Of a DNA stretch of 64,000 bases, positions 19,199-31,038 are shown piece after piece. The stretch's first letter is position 1, and each line of letters opens with the position of its first letter. A program made the position numbers and the translations under genes. The notes beneath the pieces are model-generated. The model was given only the letters and a program-made list of their open reading frames with translations. It did not search any database and had not been told where the DNA came from. Source of the stretch: Desulfomonilia bacterium (GTDB lineage: Bacteria > Desulfobacterota > Desulfomonilia > UBA1062); contig JBEKDT010000004.1 of the NCBI GenBank assembly GCA_050014195.1, positions 1 through 64,000 of the forward strand, read 5' to 3'.

Positions 19199-21536
19199 AT
19201 CTCTCGTAATTGTGGAGTCACCCGCGAAGGCAAGAACGATCAAGCGATACCTTGGAAAAGGCTTCGAGGTGGAGGCCACCATGGGACACATCAAGGACCT
19301 GCCCAAAAGCAAGCTCGGCATCGACATCGAGCAGGGCTTCCTGCCGGGTTACAAGGTCATACCCGACAAGCGCGACATTGTAAAAAAGATTAAAAGCCGT
19401 GCCGATAGGGCCGATATTGTCTATCTCGCTTCAGACCCTGACCGCGAGGGCGAGGCCATTGCATGGCACGTGGCGGAGGAGATCAAGAAACCTCTCTCGG
19501 CTGTCCGCCGCATCATATTCCACGAGATCACCAAGAAGGCCATCGATGAGGCCCTGAAAAACCCCAAGGAATTGAACAGAGAGCTTTACGACGCACAGAT
19601 GGCCAGGCGTACCATGGACAGGATTGTGGGGTACACCATGAGTCCGCTGCTGTGGAAGAATGTCAAGCGCGGTCTTTCAGGCGGCAGGGTCCAGTCCGTT
19701 GCGCTGAGGCTCATATGCATGCGCCAGGAGGAGATCGAGTCGTTCACGGCAAGGGAGTATTGGACGGTGGAGGCCCTTCTCATGACACCTGCAGGCGATA
19801 CCTTTATTGCCAAGGTCGTCAGCCCCAAAGAGATCCCGGACGCACAAACAGCGCTTAGAGTAGTGGAACGGATCGGCTCCGCACCGGTTATCACCATCGA
19901 TAAGATCACCCGGCAGGTGCGCACCAAAAACCCGTTGCCACCCTTCATCACCTCCACCCTTCAGCAGGCGGCGTCCTCCCGGCTGCGGTTTTCAGCCAAG
20001 AAGACCATGATGCTTGCCCAGCAGCTCTATGAGGGCCTGCCGGTCGGAGGTGACGAGATCACCGGTCTCATCACCTATATGCGCACCGACTCCCCGGTCG
20101 TTTCCAATGAAGCCATAGCCGAGGTGCGGCAGTTCATCCCCAATGCGTTCGGGCAGCCTTATCTTCCGGAGAAACCCAGGCGTTACAAGGCCAAGAAGAC
20201 CGCTCAGGAGGCCCACGAGGCCATCAGGCCCACGAGCCTTACGAATACACCGGAATCCTTACGGCCCTTCTTGAATACTGACCAGTACGCCGTCTACGAC
20301 CTCATCTGGAAACGCTTCATTGCATCGCAGATGAACAGCGCAACCTTTGATCAGACAGGCGTCGACATCTCTGCGCTCGACATCGGACTTAAGTCAAACG
20401 GCTCCATCATGACCTTTGACGGTTTCTTGAAAATCTATGACATCAATGGCGATGAGGATGAGGGCAGGCTTCCCGATTCCCTTAAGGAGGGGGACAGCCT
20501 CGATCTTAAGAAGGTCGACAAGGAACAGCATTTCACCCAGCCCCCTCCACGCTACACCGAGGCAAGCCTCATTAAGGAGCTCGAGGAGAAGGGCATCGGA
20601 AGGCCGAGCACCTATGCACCTACCCTATCCACCATCGTCGATAGGGGTTATGTGAGAATGGAGGCGCGCTCCTTTGTACCTACGGAGCTCGGCAGGGACG
20701 TGAACACACTCCTTGTTAAGCACTATCCCCATATCCTTGATATCGGCTTCACTGCAAAGATGGAGGACTCGCTGGACCTTATCGAGGAGGGCCAGGAAGG
20801 CTACGGCAAGGTGATGTCGGACTTTTACCTAACCTACAACACCGAGCATGAAAGCGCGCTGGTGAACATGGAGAACATCAGGGCCGAGCAGCGCCCCTCC
20901 GGCATCTTATGCGAAGTCTGCGGCAAGGAGATGCTTATCAAGCTCGGGAAAAACGGGTATTTCCTGGGATGTGCAGGTTACCCCGACTGCACGAACACCA
21001 AGGAATATGTCCGGGATGAATCGGGAAAAATCCTTCAGGTAGAAGAAAAGAAGGCCGAAGAGACCGGAGAGGTCTGCGAGAAGTGCGGTTCGCCCATGAT
21101 AATGAAGCGTGGCAGATTCGGCCCTTTCATGGCCTGCAGCAACTACCCGGAATGCAAAAACACCAAGCGCATCACCAAGGCGCCGGAGCCGACAGACCGG
21201 AAGTGCGACAAATGCGGTGCACCGATGGTTATACGGCAGGGGCGTTTCGGGCCGTTTCTGGCATGCAGCGCCTATCCCAAGTGCAAGAACATCATGCCCT
21301 ACCCTTTAGGCATCAAGTGCGCCATGCCCGGATGCAAAGGGGAGATCGTCCAGCAGCGGTCAAAGAAGGGAAAGATGTTTTATTCCTGTTCCGAAAAGGA
21401 CTGCAAATTCATCAACTGGACCAAGCCCGTGATTAAGGAGTGCCCGGTCTGCGGAACGGGTTTCCTCATCAGAAAGGGAACCAAACTGGCATGCCCTAAT
21501 CCCGGGTGCACGCACAGCGAAGATGCCCTTTCCTAG
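19191..21536 (+). CDS. topA: DNA topoisomerase I
   Basis: LVIVESPAKA, DPDREGE, GRVQS, ITYMRTD, QEAHEAIRP, GIGRPSTY, C-terminal Zn ribbons. Confidence 0.97.
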   Translation: MAKSLVIVESPAKARTIKRYLGKGFEVEATMGHIKDLPKSKLGIDIEQGFLPGYKVIPDKRDIVKKIKSRADRADIVYLASDPDREGEAIAWHVAEEIKKPLSAVRRIIFHEITKKAIDEALKNPKELNRELYDAQMARRTMDRIVGYTMSPLLWKNVKRGLSGGRVQSVALRLICMRQEEIESFTAREYWTVEALLMTPAGDTFIAKVVSPKEIPDAQTALRVVERIGSAPVITIDKITRQVRTKNPLPPFITSTLQQAASSRLRFSAKKTMMLAQQLYEGLPVGGDEITGLITYMRTDSPVVSNEAIAEVRQFIPNAFGQPYLPEKPRRYKAKKTAQEAHEAIRPTSLTNTPESLRPFLNTDQYAVYDLIWKRFIASQMNSATFDQTGVDISALDIGLKSNGSIMTFDGFLKIYDINGDEDEGRLPDSLKEGDSLDLKKVDKEQHFTQPPPRYTEASLIKELEEKGIGRPSTYAPTLSTIVDRGYVRMEARSFVPTELGRDVNTLLVKHYPHILDIGFTAKMEDSLDLIEEGQEGYGKVMSDFYLTYNTEHESALVNMENIRAEQRPSGILCEVCGKEMLIKLGKNGYFLGCAGYPDCTNTKEYVRDESGKILQVEEKKAEETGEVCEKCGSPMIMKRGRFGPFMACSNYPECKNTKRITKAPEPTDRKCDKCGAPMVIRQGRFGPFLACSAYPKCKNIMPYPLGIKCAMPGCKGEIVQQRSKKGKMFYSCSEKDCKFINWTKPVIKECPVCGTGFLIRKGTKLACPNPGCTHSEDALS

Positions 21537-22842
21537 TGTCCGTGTCATCGGAGGAGGGCTTGCAGGGGTAGAGGCGGCCCATCTCCTCGCCGCAAACGGT
21601 GTGCAGGTTGAGTTGTTCGAGATGCGCCCGGTTGTAACGACCCCTGCACACAAAACCGGCATGCTTGCCGAACTCGTGTGCAGCAACTCTTTCAAGGGAA
21701 CCGACCCTTTGACCGCCCATGGCATCTTAAAACGTGAAATGGTATCATTGGGCTCGCTGGTTCTCTCAATAGCCGACCAAACAAGCGTTCCTGCAGGCAA
21801 GGCTTTAGCTGTTGACCGGGCGGCCTTCGCTGCCCTGACTACTCAACATATAATGGCACAACCCCTGATAACGCTCCGGAAAAAAGAGCTCAAGACCATT
21901 GACCAGGCATGCCCCACCATCATCGCCACGGGACCCTTAACCTCGGATGCACTTACACAGAATCTCATGGCCATGACCGGTAGCAGCAGGCTTTTCTTTT
22001 ACGACGCCATCTCTCCCATCATCGATGCGGAGAGCATCGACATGGGTCATGCATTCTTCGGTGCCAGGTGGTCAGATCACAATCCGGACTACCTCAACTG
22101 CACGCTCGATGAGCCTCACTACCAAAGGTTCATGGAAGAACTCTTGAAGGCGGACAAGGTCCTATCACATGAATTCGAGGATGCCAGGTTCTTTGAGGCG
22201 TGCTTGCCCATAGAAATTTTAGCAGCCAGGGGTATGGATGCCCTGCGATACGGCCCCATGAGACCGGTGGGTCTGAAAGACCCCTCAACCGGCAAGCGGC
22301 CTTTTGCGGTCGTACAGCTCAGGAAAGAGAACCTGAAGGGCAATGCCTATACCATGGTAGGCTTTCAGACCCGCCTGACCTATCCCGAACAGATGAGGAT
22401 AATAGGTATGATCCCCGCCCTGTCTTCCGCGAGATTCCTGCGGTATGGCAGCATCCACAGAAACACCTATATCGACTCGCCGAGGGTGCTGGGGGCTGAC
22501 TTGTCTCTGAAAGAACATGGCAATGTCATACTCGCAGGCCAGATAACCGGTGTGGAAGGCTACATGGAATCGGCAGCAACAGGAATCCTTGCGGGCATCT
22601 CCATGCTCGCCGGGATCAAGCATAAGACCTTTCAACCACCAGGACCGGATACGGCGCTTGGCGCACTTGTTTATTATATCACCGACCGGTTGATCGATGT
22701 TTTCCAGCCCATGAACATCAATTTCGGGATCATGACAATGCCCGATGTACCGAAAAGCAGACGCGCCGAGGCGAGGAGCGAGAGGGCAAAAAGTGCATTC
22801 GATACGTGGAAGGAATCGATAAAGGAAATCCTTATTCTCTAA
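21523..22842 (+). CDS. trmFO: Folate/FAD-dependent tRNA U54 methyltransferase
   Basis: IGGGLAG, ELVCSNS, VPAGKALAVDR, FFYDAISP, VGFQTRL, AGQITGVEGY. Confidence 0.95.
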   Translation: MPFPSVRVIGGGLAGVEAAHLLAANGVQVELFEMRPVVTTPAHKTGMLAELVCSNSFKGTDPLTAHGILKREMVSLGSLVLSIADQTSVPAGKALAVDRAAFAALTTQHIMAQPLITLRKKELKTIDQACPTIIATGPLTSDALTQNLMAMTGSSRLFFYDAISPIIDAESIDMGHAFFGARWSDHNPDYLNCTLDEPHYQRFMEELLKADKVLSHEFEDARFFEACLPIEILAARGMDALRYGPMRPVGLKDPSTGKRPFAVVQLRKENLKGNAYTMVGFQTRLTYPEQMRIIGMIPALSSARFLRYGSIHRNTYIDSPRVLGADLSLKEHGNVILAGQITGVEGYMESAATGILAGISMLAGIKHKTFQPPGPDTALGALVYYITDRLIDVFQPMNINFGIMTMPDVPKSRRAEARSERAKSAFDTWKESIKEILIL

Positions 22843-22984
22843 CCGAAATTCTTTAATCCCAAACTCGAAGCATCACGGCAATGCTCCCTCAGGGCACATC
22901 CATACGAAAGCCCCTGACTGGAAACCATGATCCTAACAAAAGGATTACGTGGTTTTCGGTTAGCGTGCTGACAATACATGGGAC

Positions 22985-23007
22985 CGGGGCAGGAAGACCC
23001 TGCCCCG
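22985..23007. terminator. GC-rich hairpin between the convergent trmFO and csp genes
   Basis: CGGGGCAGG-AAGAC-CCTGCCCCG, 9 nt from the csp stop. Confidence 0.6.
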
Positions 23008-23015
23008 ATAACAGA

Positions 23016-23216
23016 TTACAGCTTCATTACGTTTGATGCCTGCGGACCTTTAGGCCCGTTGGTCACTTCAAAAGTGACCTTGTCTCCCTCTGTAAGCGTC
23101 TTGAACCCGTCTCCCTTGATGGCAGAATAGTGAACAAACACATCGCTGCCTCCGTCTTGAGTGATGAAACCAAACCCCTTCTTTTCGTTGAACCATTTTA
23201 CTGTTCCTGTAGCCAT
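23016..23216 (-). CDS. cspA: Cold-shock protein
   Basis: [31 protein letters not shown]. Confidence 0.96.
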   Translation of the reverse strand: MATGTVKWFNEKKGFGFITQDGGSDVFVHYSAIKGDGFKTLTEGDKVTFEVTNGPKGPQASNVMKL

Positions 23217-23370
23217 TCATACCTCCGTTTTTCAGGTCGTTCCCTTGGCAAGAGGGAAAGACCCTGGTGTTAATGTCTGGAAAAACGGTATTACCAGAAA
23301 CCGGGGAAAAACTTACAGAGGGTTTTACCGCGGGTTAGCATGATAATGTCCATATTCCAGGCAGTTTCAG

Positions 23371-23399
23371 GATATAATGCTTATCGACGCTTCTGTCAA
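23371..23399 (-). promoter_or_regulatory. Sigma70 promoter of csp, giving a long (~150 nt) 5' UTR
   Basis: TTGACA-17 nt-TATATC; a long 5' UTR is typical of csp genes. Confidence 0.6.
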
Positions 23400-23486
23400 G
23401 ATGCTTAAAGTAAAATCTTTCTTGAACCGCCTCGGCCAAGCTGCTATCCCTTTCAATGGTCTTTTAGTGTTGTGGAGGTAGTAGAT

Positions 23487-24938
23487 ATGAAGGCGATTCA
23501 AGGTCTCAATCCGCGGGGTCTCTGGCAACACTTCTGGGAGATCTCCCGGATACCGAGGGAATCGGGCAATGAAGCAGGGGTGGCCGAGTATATTGTCGGC
23601 AAAGCGAAAGGCTTCAATCTTCCCTACCGCACTGACGAGGCGGGTAATGTCATGGTAATAAAACCCGGTCTCAAGGGTTATTCTCCTGTAGCACTCCAGT
23701 CGCATACGGACATGGTATGTGAGAAGGACAGGAAGACTCAGCACGACTTTAAATCGGACCCGATCCGGCTCGTGCGTGACAAGGCATGGATCAGGGCTGC
23801 CGGCACCACACTGGGGGCGGACAACGGCATAGGGGTTGCAGCCATGCTTGCCATTATGGAGGACTCTAACCTTGAACACCCCGATCTCAATTTGCTTTTC
23901 ACCGTGGAGGAAGAGACCGGGCTCACCGGTGCACATAAGCTTTCACGGGGATCATTCACTGCGCAAACACTTCTCAATCTTGATTCGGAAGAAGAAGGGA
24001 CCTTCTACATCGGCTGTGCCGGCGGGATGGATACCGAGCTCATTCTTGAGCCCGACTTCATGACAGTCCCGGAAAATACCGTGCCTGTGAGTATCAAGAT
24101 CACCGGGCTCAAGGGCGGCCACTCGGGCGCGGATATACACCGGGGATTTGGGAACGCCATCAAGCTTCTGGGCCGGTTTCTTTATGCCATCTATTCCGCA
24201 TACGGCTTCCATCTCGCCTCTTTCCAGGGCGGCAGCAAGCACAACGCCATACCGCGCGAGGCCGAGGCACTCATCCATGTGAAAAGGTCTGATATAGATG
24301 CATTGCGGCAGGAGGCGGTTCATTGGAACAATATTTTAAGATCTGAGTTCAAGCAGATAGATGACGGGGTTGCGCTCATACTCGAGGAATCAGACATCCA
24401 CCCACCGAGGGTGGTCGAGCCCGAGGATACACAAAAGATCTTCAATCTCCTTCAGGCCCTGCCCCACGGGCCGTTAAAGAGCGATCCAGGCCTCGACAAT
24501 ACGGTCCTCACCTCTACAAACCTGGCGGTCTGTTCATTCAAGCAGGACACCTTTGTCGTTACCACCAGCCAGCGAAGCACGATTCAAAGCGCACTTCATG
24601 ACATGGCCTCGCAGGTGGCCGCTGTCGGAGAGCTGGCAGGCTGCCTGGTCAATCATGGCAACACTTACCCTGCCTGGAGGCCGAACCCGTCATCACCCAT
24701 TCTGAAGACCTGCACCAGCCTCTACAAAAGCCTCTATAAAAAGGCGCCAAGGGTGAAAGTCATTCATGCCGGCCTGGAGTGCGCCGTCATCGCTGAACGT
24801 ATCAAAGACCTTGACATGATATCCTTCGGCCCAACCATCGAGCAGCCCCACTCACCGAATGAAAGGGTGGAAATAGAGAGTGTGGGGCGGTTCTGGGAAT
24901 ATCTGATTGCGCTGCTGCGGCATATGGCTGGACAATGA
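23487..24938 (+). CDS. pepD: Aminoacyl-histidine dipeptidase (M20)
   Basis: LQSHTDMV, TTLGADNGIG, EEETGL, GGHSG, IHAGLEC, HSPNE. Confidence 0.94.
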   Translation: MKAIQGLNPRGLWQHFWEISRIPRESGNEAGVAEYIVGKAKGFNLPYRTDEAGNVMVIKPGLKGYSPVALQSHTDMVCEKDRKTQHDFKSDPIRLVRDKAWIRAAGTTLGADNGIGVAAMLAIMEDSNLEHPDLNLLFTVEEETGLTGAHKLSRGSFTAQTLLNLDSEEEGTFYIGCAGGMDTELILEPDFMTVPENTVPVSIKITGLKGGHSGADIHRGFGNAIKLLGRFLYAIYSAYGFHLASFQGGSKHNAIPREAEALIHVKRSDIDALRQEAVHWNNILRSEFKQIDDGVALILEESDIHPPRVVEPEDTQKIFNLLQALPHGPLKSDPGLDNTVLTSTNLAVCSFKQDTFVVTTSQRSTIQSALHDMASQVAAVGELAGCLVNHGNTYPAWRPNPSSPILKTCTSLYKSLYKKAPRVKVIHAGLECAVIAERIKDLDMISFGPTIEQPHSPNERVEIESVGRFWEYLIALLRHMAGQ

Positions 24939-25125
24939 ATGAACCTCGGTGTTAGCCGACCAGAGATTACATCAAAATCTCTTTAGTTCTCCTCATATAA
25001 TACCCACTCACCATAAACCATGAGTAGATCTTATTACCTTAATGGAGTCAATCCCTTGGGGATGCATTTTTTGGCTTGGCAAGGAAAGTATATTCTGTAA
25101 TATCTTGAGTAAGAGAGGAGGTTAT

Positions 25126-26286
25126 ATGTATAAGATCGATCTACTGAATAACATCTCGGAAAAAGGCTTGAGTCTTTTCACGGAAAATTATGAGTACCTC
25201 GCCGGTATTTCTGAGCCGGACGGTATCCTGGTACGTAGCAAGGAAATGAAAGATATGAGCTTGCCATCGAGTGTGAAAGCGATTGCTCGGGCTGGTGCCG
25301 GGGTCAACAATATCCCTATCGATACATGTTCGGGAAAAGGCATAGTCGTCTTCAATACCCCGGGTGCAAACGCCAATGGGGTAAAGGAGCTGGTCATTCT
25401 GGGCATGCTGCTGGCATCACGGAAAGTAACGGAAGGAATATCCTGGGCCAAAGGACTGGTCGGCGAAGGCGACAAGGTGCCAGACCTGATCGAAAAGGGA
25501 AAGTCAAAGTTCGGCGGGACCGAGATCCTGGGTAAAAAGCTGGGGGTGGTAGGCCTTGGCGCCATCGGGACCATAGTGGCCAATACTGCCGAAGGTCTGG
25601 GTATGGAGGTATGGGGATACGATCCGTATATGTCCATCGAAGCAGCATGGAGACTGTCCCGCAATACCAAAAGGGCGGCAAGTATGGATAAGCTGCTCTC
25701 CGAGTGCGATTTCATCTCTCTGCACGCCCCTCTGAACAAGGACACGCGGGGATCCATAAATGCGGATAAATTCGCAGTCATGAAGAAAGGTGCGGTACTC
25801 CTGAACTTCGCCAGAAGGGAACTGGTGAATACTGCTGATCTGCAGAAGGCCGTTACCGATGGTATCGTGAGCTGTTACGTAACGGACTTCCCCGATGAAG
25901 CGCTTATAAAGATGGATAAGTGCATAGCCATTCCGCATCTGGGGGCTTCGACAGAGGAATCTGAAGAAAACTGCGCGATTATGGCGGCCATGCAGCTCAT
26001 GGATTTCCTGGAGAACGGGAACATCAAGAACTCAGTCAATTTCCCTGAGAGTTTTCTCGACAGAACGGGTAATCAGAGACTGACCATCTCGAATCAGAAC
26101 TCACCGGGCATGATCGAAAAGATCACGCACCTCTTAGCCGACAGCAAGATCAACATCGCCGACATGATCAACAAGAGCAAGGGAAATATCGCTTATAACA
26201 TCATCGATATCGATGGCAGTGTGAACGACGATCTGATAAAGAAAATCAGATCAACAGAAGGTGTAATAGCCGTCAGAATGCTTTAA
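25126..26286 (+). CDS. serA: D-3-phosphoglycerate dehydrogenase, short type with C-terminal ACT domain
   Basis: ARAGAGVNN, NTPGANA, GLGAIG, NFAR, PHLGASTEESE; start at ATG 25126 (SD GAGGAGG). Confidence 0.9.
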   Translation: MYKIDLLNNISEKGLSLFTENYEYLAGISEPDGILVRSKEMKDMSLPSSVKAIARAGAGVNNIPIDTCSGKGIVVFNTPGANANGVKELVILGMLLASRKVTEGISWAKGLVGEGDKVPDLIEKGKSKFGGTEILGKKLGVVGLGAIGTIVANTAEGLGMEVWGYDPYMSIEAAWRLSRNTKRAASMDKLLSECDFISLHAPLNKDTRGSINADKFAVMKKGAVLLNFARRELVNTADLQKAVTDGIVSCYVTDFPDEALIKMDKCIAIPHLGASTEESEENCAIMAAMQLMDFLENGNIKNSVNFPESFLDRTGNQRLTISNQNSPGMIEKITHLLADSKINIADMINKSKGNIAYNIIDIDGSVNDDLIKKIRSTEGVIAVRML

Positions 26287-26309
26287 AAGAACCCGGTATC
26301 GCTTTCGTA

Positions 26310-26351
26310 TAAGCAAAGTGTCCGACAGAGATCTGCTGGACACTTTGCTTA
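26310..26351 (+). terminator. 14-bp-stem hairpin between the two serA genes
   Basis: TAAGCAAAGTGTCC ... GGACACTTTGCTTA; no clear U-tract. Confidence 0.55.
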
Positions 26352-26563
26352 AGGCGATGGCATAGAATATCTATTCTGTGCCGGCTACTATCCTTAGTCA
26401 GATCTTGTTTTCGTGTCGGTTTTCTCTTTGTAAGATCAAGTTGCAGCTCATACATCACTGATCATACAATGCTGATCACCCTCCTTCCCTCTCTTGTGGT
26501 TGACACCTCAAGAACCATTTGTTACAAGTGCTCCGAACCTATAATCCAGGCTAAGGAGGAGGC

Positions 26564-28153
26564 TTGAAGATATTAGTGAGCGATAAGCTGTCCGATGCTG
26601 GCGTGGAGATCCTTAAGAGTGGTGGTTTTACTGTTGATGTCAAGACAGGGTTGAAGCCGGAAGAACTCATAGCAATCATCGGCGATTATGATGCACTCGT
26701 GGTCAGATCCGCCACAAAGGCAACTGCCGAGATCATTTCTGCGGGGAAGAAGCTGAAGGTCATCGGCCGTGCCGGAGCCGGTGTCGACAACATAGATTCG
26801 GTTGCTGCAACAAAACAAGGCGTCGTGGTCATGAACACCCCTGGAGGCAACACGGTTACAACGGGCGAGCATGCCATTGCCATGATGATGGCATTGACCA
26901 GGAACATCCCGCAGGCAGACGGCTTTATGAAGAGCGGCAATTGGGAAAAGAAGGCCCTCGAGGGCAGAGAGGTCACCGGTAAGACCCTTGGCATCATCGG
27001 CATGGGCAGGGTCGGAAGTGTGGTGGCCTCCCGGGCCCAGGGGCTCAAGATGAACGTGATCGTCTACGACCCGTTCGTCACCAAAGATATCGCTGAAAAG
27101 CAGGGTATTGACCTGATAACGAACCTCAATGATCTCTATGCCCGCTCCGATTACATTACCGTACATACCCCGAAGTCAAAGGAAACCATGGGTCTGGTCG
27201 GCAAGGAAGCCTTTGCAAAGATGAAGAAGGGTGTGTTCCTTATCAATTGTGCGAGAGGCGGGATCGTGGACGAGAAGGCATTGATCGAGGCACTGGATTC
27301 CGGCAAGGTTGCGGGTGCGGCAATAGACGTGTTCGAGAAGGAGCCGCCTGAAGACTGGTCGCTGCCCAAACACGTAAAGGTCGTCGCCACGCCGCACCTC
27401 GGCGCATCCACCCATGAGGCACAGGAAAATGTGGCATTGGCCGTTGCAGAGCAGATCGTGGATTACCTTAAAAATGGTGTCATACGTAATGCCGTGAACG
27501 CCCCTTCCGTGTCGCCCGAGATGCTGCCCAAGGTGAAACCGTATATCGATCTGGCTGAGAAGATGGGCCGTTTCATGGGCCAGATCATCGGCCAGGTGAT
27601 CTCCGACAGACTTAAAAAGGTGACAATAAATTACACGGGAGCTGCCGCGAACTTCGATACCAAGCCGGTCACCGTTGCAGGGCTCAAGGGGCTTCTCTCG
27701 GCCATTGCCGACGATGTGAACTACGTGAACGCCCCGGTGCTGCTCAAGGAAAGGGGAATCGACCTCGTAGAGTCACTCAGCTCCAAGGAGGAGATCTTCA
27801 CCAACACCATTGAAATGACCCTCGAGTTCGACAAGGGCACCCGGTCTTTGGTGGGCTCGGTCTTCAAGCCGGACGACCTGAGGATCGTCAGGATCGATAA
27901 TTACGCCATCGAGGTGATCCCGGAAGGGACCATGCTTGTTATCTATAACAAAGACATGCCGGGCACGGTAGGCAAAATCGGCATGACACTGGGCGAGGCG
28001 GGAATAAACATCGCAAGACTCTTCCTCGGACGCGACCGTCTGGAAGGCACTGCCATTATCATTATCAACGTTGATGCCGAAGTACCTAAGAAGGTCATTG
28101 AGAAGATCCGGAAGGTGCCGAACGCCCTTTCCGTTCAGGAGGTCTTCATCTAG
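26564..28153 (+). CDS. serA: D-3-phosphoglycerate dehydrogenase, long type (ASB + ACT)
   Basis: TTG start with SD AAGGAGGAGG; GRAGAGVDN, GMGRVG, NCARGG, PHLGASTHEAQ, VNYVNAP, NKDMPG. Confidence 0.93.
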   Translation: MKILVSDKLSDAGVEILKSGGFTVDVKTGLKPEELIAIIGDYDALVVRSATKATAEIISAGKKLKVIGRAGAGVDNIDSVAATKQGVVVMNTPGGNTVTTGEHAIAMMMALTRNIPQADGFMKSGNWEKKALEGREVTGKTLGIIGMGRVGSVVASRAQGLKMNVIVYDPFVTKDIAEKQGIDLITNLNDLYARSDYITVHTPKSKETMGLVGKEAFAKMKKGVFLINCARGGIVDEKALIEALDSGKVAGAAIDVFEKEPPEDWSLPKHVKVVATPHLGASTHEAQENVALAVAEQIVDYLKNGVIRNAVNAPSVSPEMLPKVKPYIDLAEKMGRFMGQIIGQVISDRLKKVTINYTGAAANFDTKPVTVAGLKGLLSAIADDVNYVNAPVLLKERGIDLVESLSSKEEIFTNTIEMTLEFDKGTRSLVGSVFKPDDLRIVRIDNYAIEVIPEGTMLVIYNKDMPGTVGKIGMTLGEAGINIARLFLGRDRLEGTAIIIINVDAEVPKKVIEKIRKVPNALSVQEVFI

Positions 28154-29470
<1,317 letters not shown>

Positions 29471-29486
29471 AAAAACGTTTTTGGAT

Positions 29487-29696
29487 TTACCTGCAGCCGG
29501 ATCCGCATGAGGAGCATGAGCTCGACGAACATGAGCCGGAGCTGCACCCACCCTTGCCGGATGCGGTCACCGACATCTTCTTCTTGATCTTCTTACTATC
29601 ACACTTGGGACAGCTAGGATTTTCCTTCGCACTCATGGACACCAATGCATCGAACTCATTGCCGCACTTCTTGCATTCATATTCATAGATGGGCAT
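29487..29696 (-). CDS. FmdB-family zinc ribbon protein
   Basis: MPIYEYECKKCG ... CPKC, Ser/Cys-rich tail. Confidence 0.88.
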   Translation of the reverse strand: MPIYEYECKKCGNEFDALVSMSAKENPSCPKCDSKKIKKKMSVTASGKGGCSSGSCSSSSCSSCGSGCR

Positions 29697-29795
29697 AATT
29701 TTTCCCCAGTTCAATAATATGTTGCCCTTTAGGTAGTTCTCGCTGAGTCTCTTGTCAAGGTTTGATATACCGCTATCTAAATTTTTTACACATCG

Positions 29796-29850
29796 TGTTG
29801 GAGCGCCTTTAGACGTGACGGGTAATGTCGCGGCTAAAGCCGCTCCTACA
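29796..29850. repeat. GTAG-type REP doublet (REPIN-like)
   Basis: TGTTGGAGCGCCTTTAGACGTGAC ... GTCGCGGCTAAAGCCGCTCCTACA inverted pair; same family as 37085-37314. Confidence 0.75.
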
Positions 29851-30074
29851 CGATCAATCTCTCAAATGCAAAACTTTAGGTTTAACCGTTTCCTGCCCCA
29901 ACTTGGGATCAACGTTGGAAAAGAAATACCGGTTTCTCACAATACCTTGGGCTGCAAAAGGAGTGTCCCACCAGGAACTTTTCACTCATCCCCCCTTTAT
30001 GTCAAACCTTAAAGGATGAATTTAACCTTTGACAAGATCCCTCGAACCATTTACCCTTTGAAGGAGAGAGGAGG

Positions 30075-30908
30075 ATGCAAGCCATGACGACAACATATAA
30101 CTTCTACAAGGTAGAGAAGAAAGAGAACATCGCCTGGGTCTTTCTGAACAGACCCGAAAAGAAAAACGCCATGGGCCCGGATGCCTGGAAGGAGATCATC
30201 CCCATCTTTGCAGACATCGATGCCGATGATGCCATCCGGGTTGCCATCATCGCCGGCGAGGGAAAGGACTTGAGCACCGGCATCGACATCATGGGCATGG
30301 CCCCGATGATCCCTACCATGAAGAACTGGGACATGAGCGCCAAGGGAAAGGTGAAACTCTTCCATGACATCTTCCCGCTGCAGGATGCCATGACCTGCGT
30401 GGAAAAATGCTCAAAACCGGTCATCTGCTGCTTCCACGGCTACTGCATCGGTGCAGCCCTTGATCTCGGAAGCGCCTGCGACATCCGTCTTGCCTCCCAG
30501 GACGCCAAGATCTCTCTCCGCGAGGCCGCCGTGTCTTTCATCGCAGATGTGGGCGTGCTCCAGCGCCTGCCGTACATCGTGGGCCAGGGAATCACCCGGG
30601 AGATGGCCTTTACTGCCAAATTCATCGATTCAAGGCGCGCCAAGGAAGTGAACCTAGTCAATGAGGTCTACCAGGATAAGGAAGCACTTTTAAAGGGCGC
30701 AGAAGCCCTTGCCATGGAAATCGCAAAGCAGGCTCCGTTGGCCGTGCAGGGCGCCAAGGAAGTCCTCAATTTCTGCCGCGGTAAAAGCATTGCCGACGGG
30801 CTTGAGTATGTATCTGCCCGCAGCGCCATGATACTGCCTTCCGAGGACATGGCTGAGACCATGACTGCCTTCATGGAAAAAAGATCACCCGTTTACCAGG
30901 GGAAATGA
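30075..30908 (+). CDS. Enoyl-CoA hydratase/isomerase family protein
   Basis: LNRPEKKNA, STGIDI, KPVI..FHGYCIGAA, CDIR, ADVGVLQRLP. Confidence 0.92.
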   Translation: MQAMTTTYNFYKVEKKENIAWVFLNRPEKKNAMGPDAWKEIIPIFADIDADDAIRVAIIAGEGKDLSTGIDIMGMAPMIPTMKNWDMSAKGKVKLFHDIFPLQDAMTCVEKCSKPVICCFHGYCIGAALDLGSACDIRLASQDAKISLREAAVSFIADVGVLQRLPYIVGQGITREMAFTAKFIDSRRAKEVNLVNEVYQDKEALLKGAEALAMEIAKQAPLAVQGAKEVLNFCRGKSIADGLEYVSARSAMILPSEDMAETMTAFMEKRSPVYQGK

Positions 30909-30934
30909 TACACCTTAAGATAAACGTGTCAAAC

Positions 30935-30962
30935 AAACCCCCGGCGCAGGTCGGGGGTTTTC
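30935..30962 (+). terminator. Intrinsic terminator
   Basis: AAACCCCCGGC-GCAG-GTCGGGGGTTT followed by a T-rich tail. Confidence 0.8.
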
Positions 30963-31038
30963 TTTTAAACCCTCTTAAGCCGGGTTAATCCTTCTGGTTC
31001 TTCTCTGTGAAGCATACTTTTCTGAGTCCATTGTTCTC

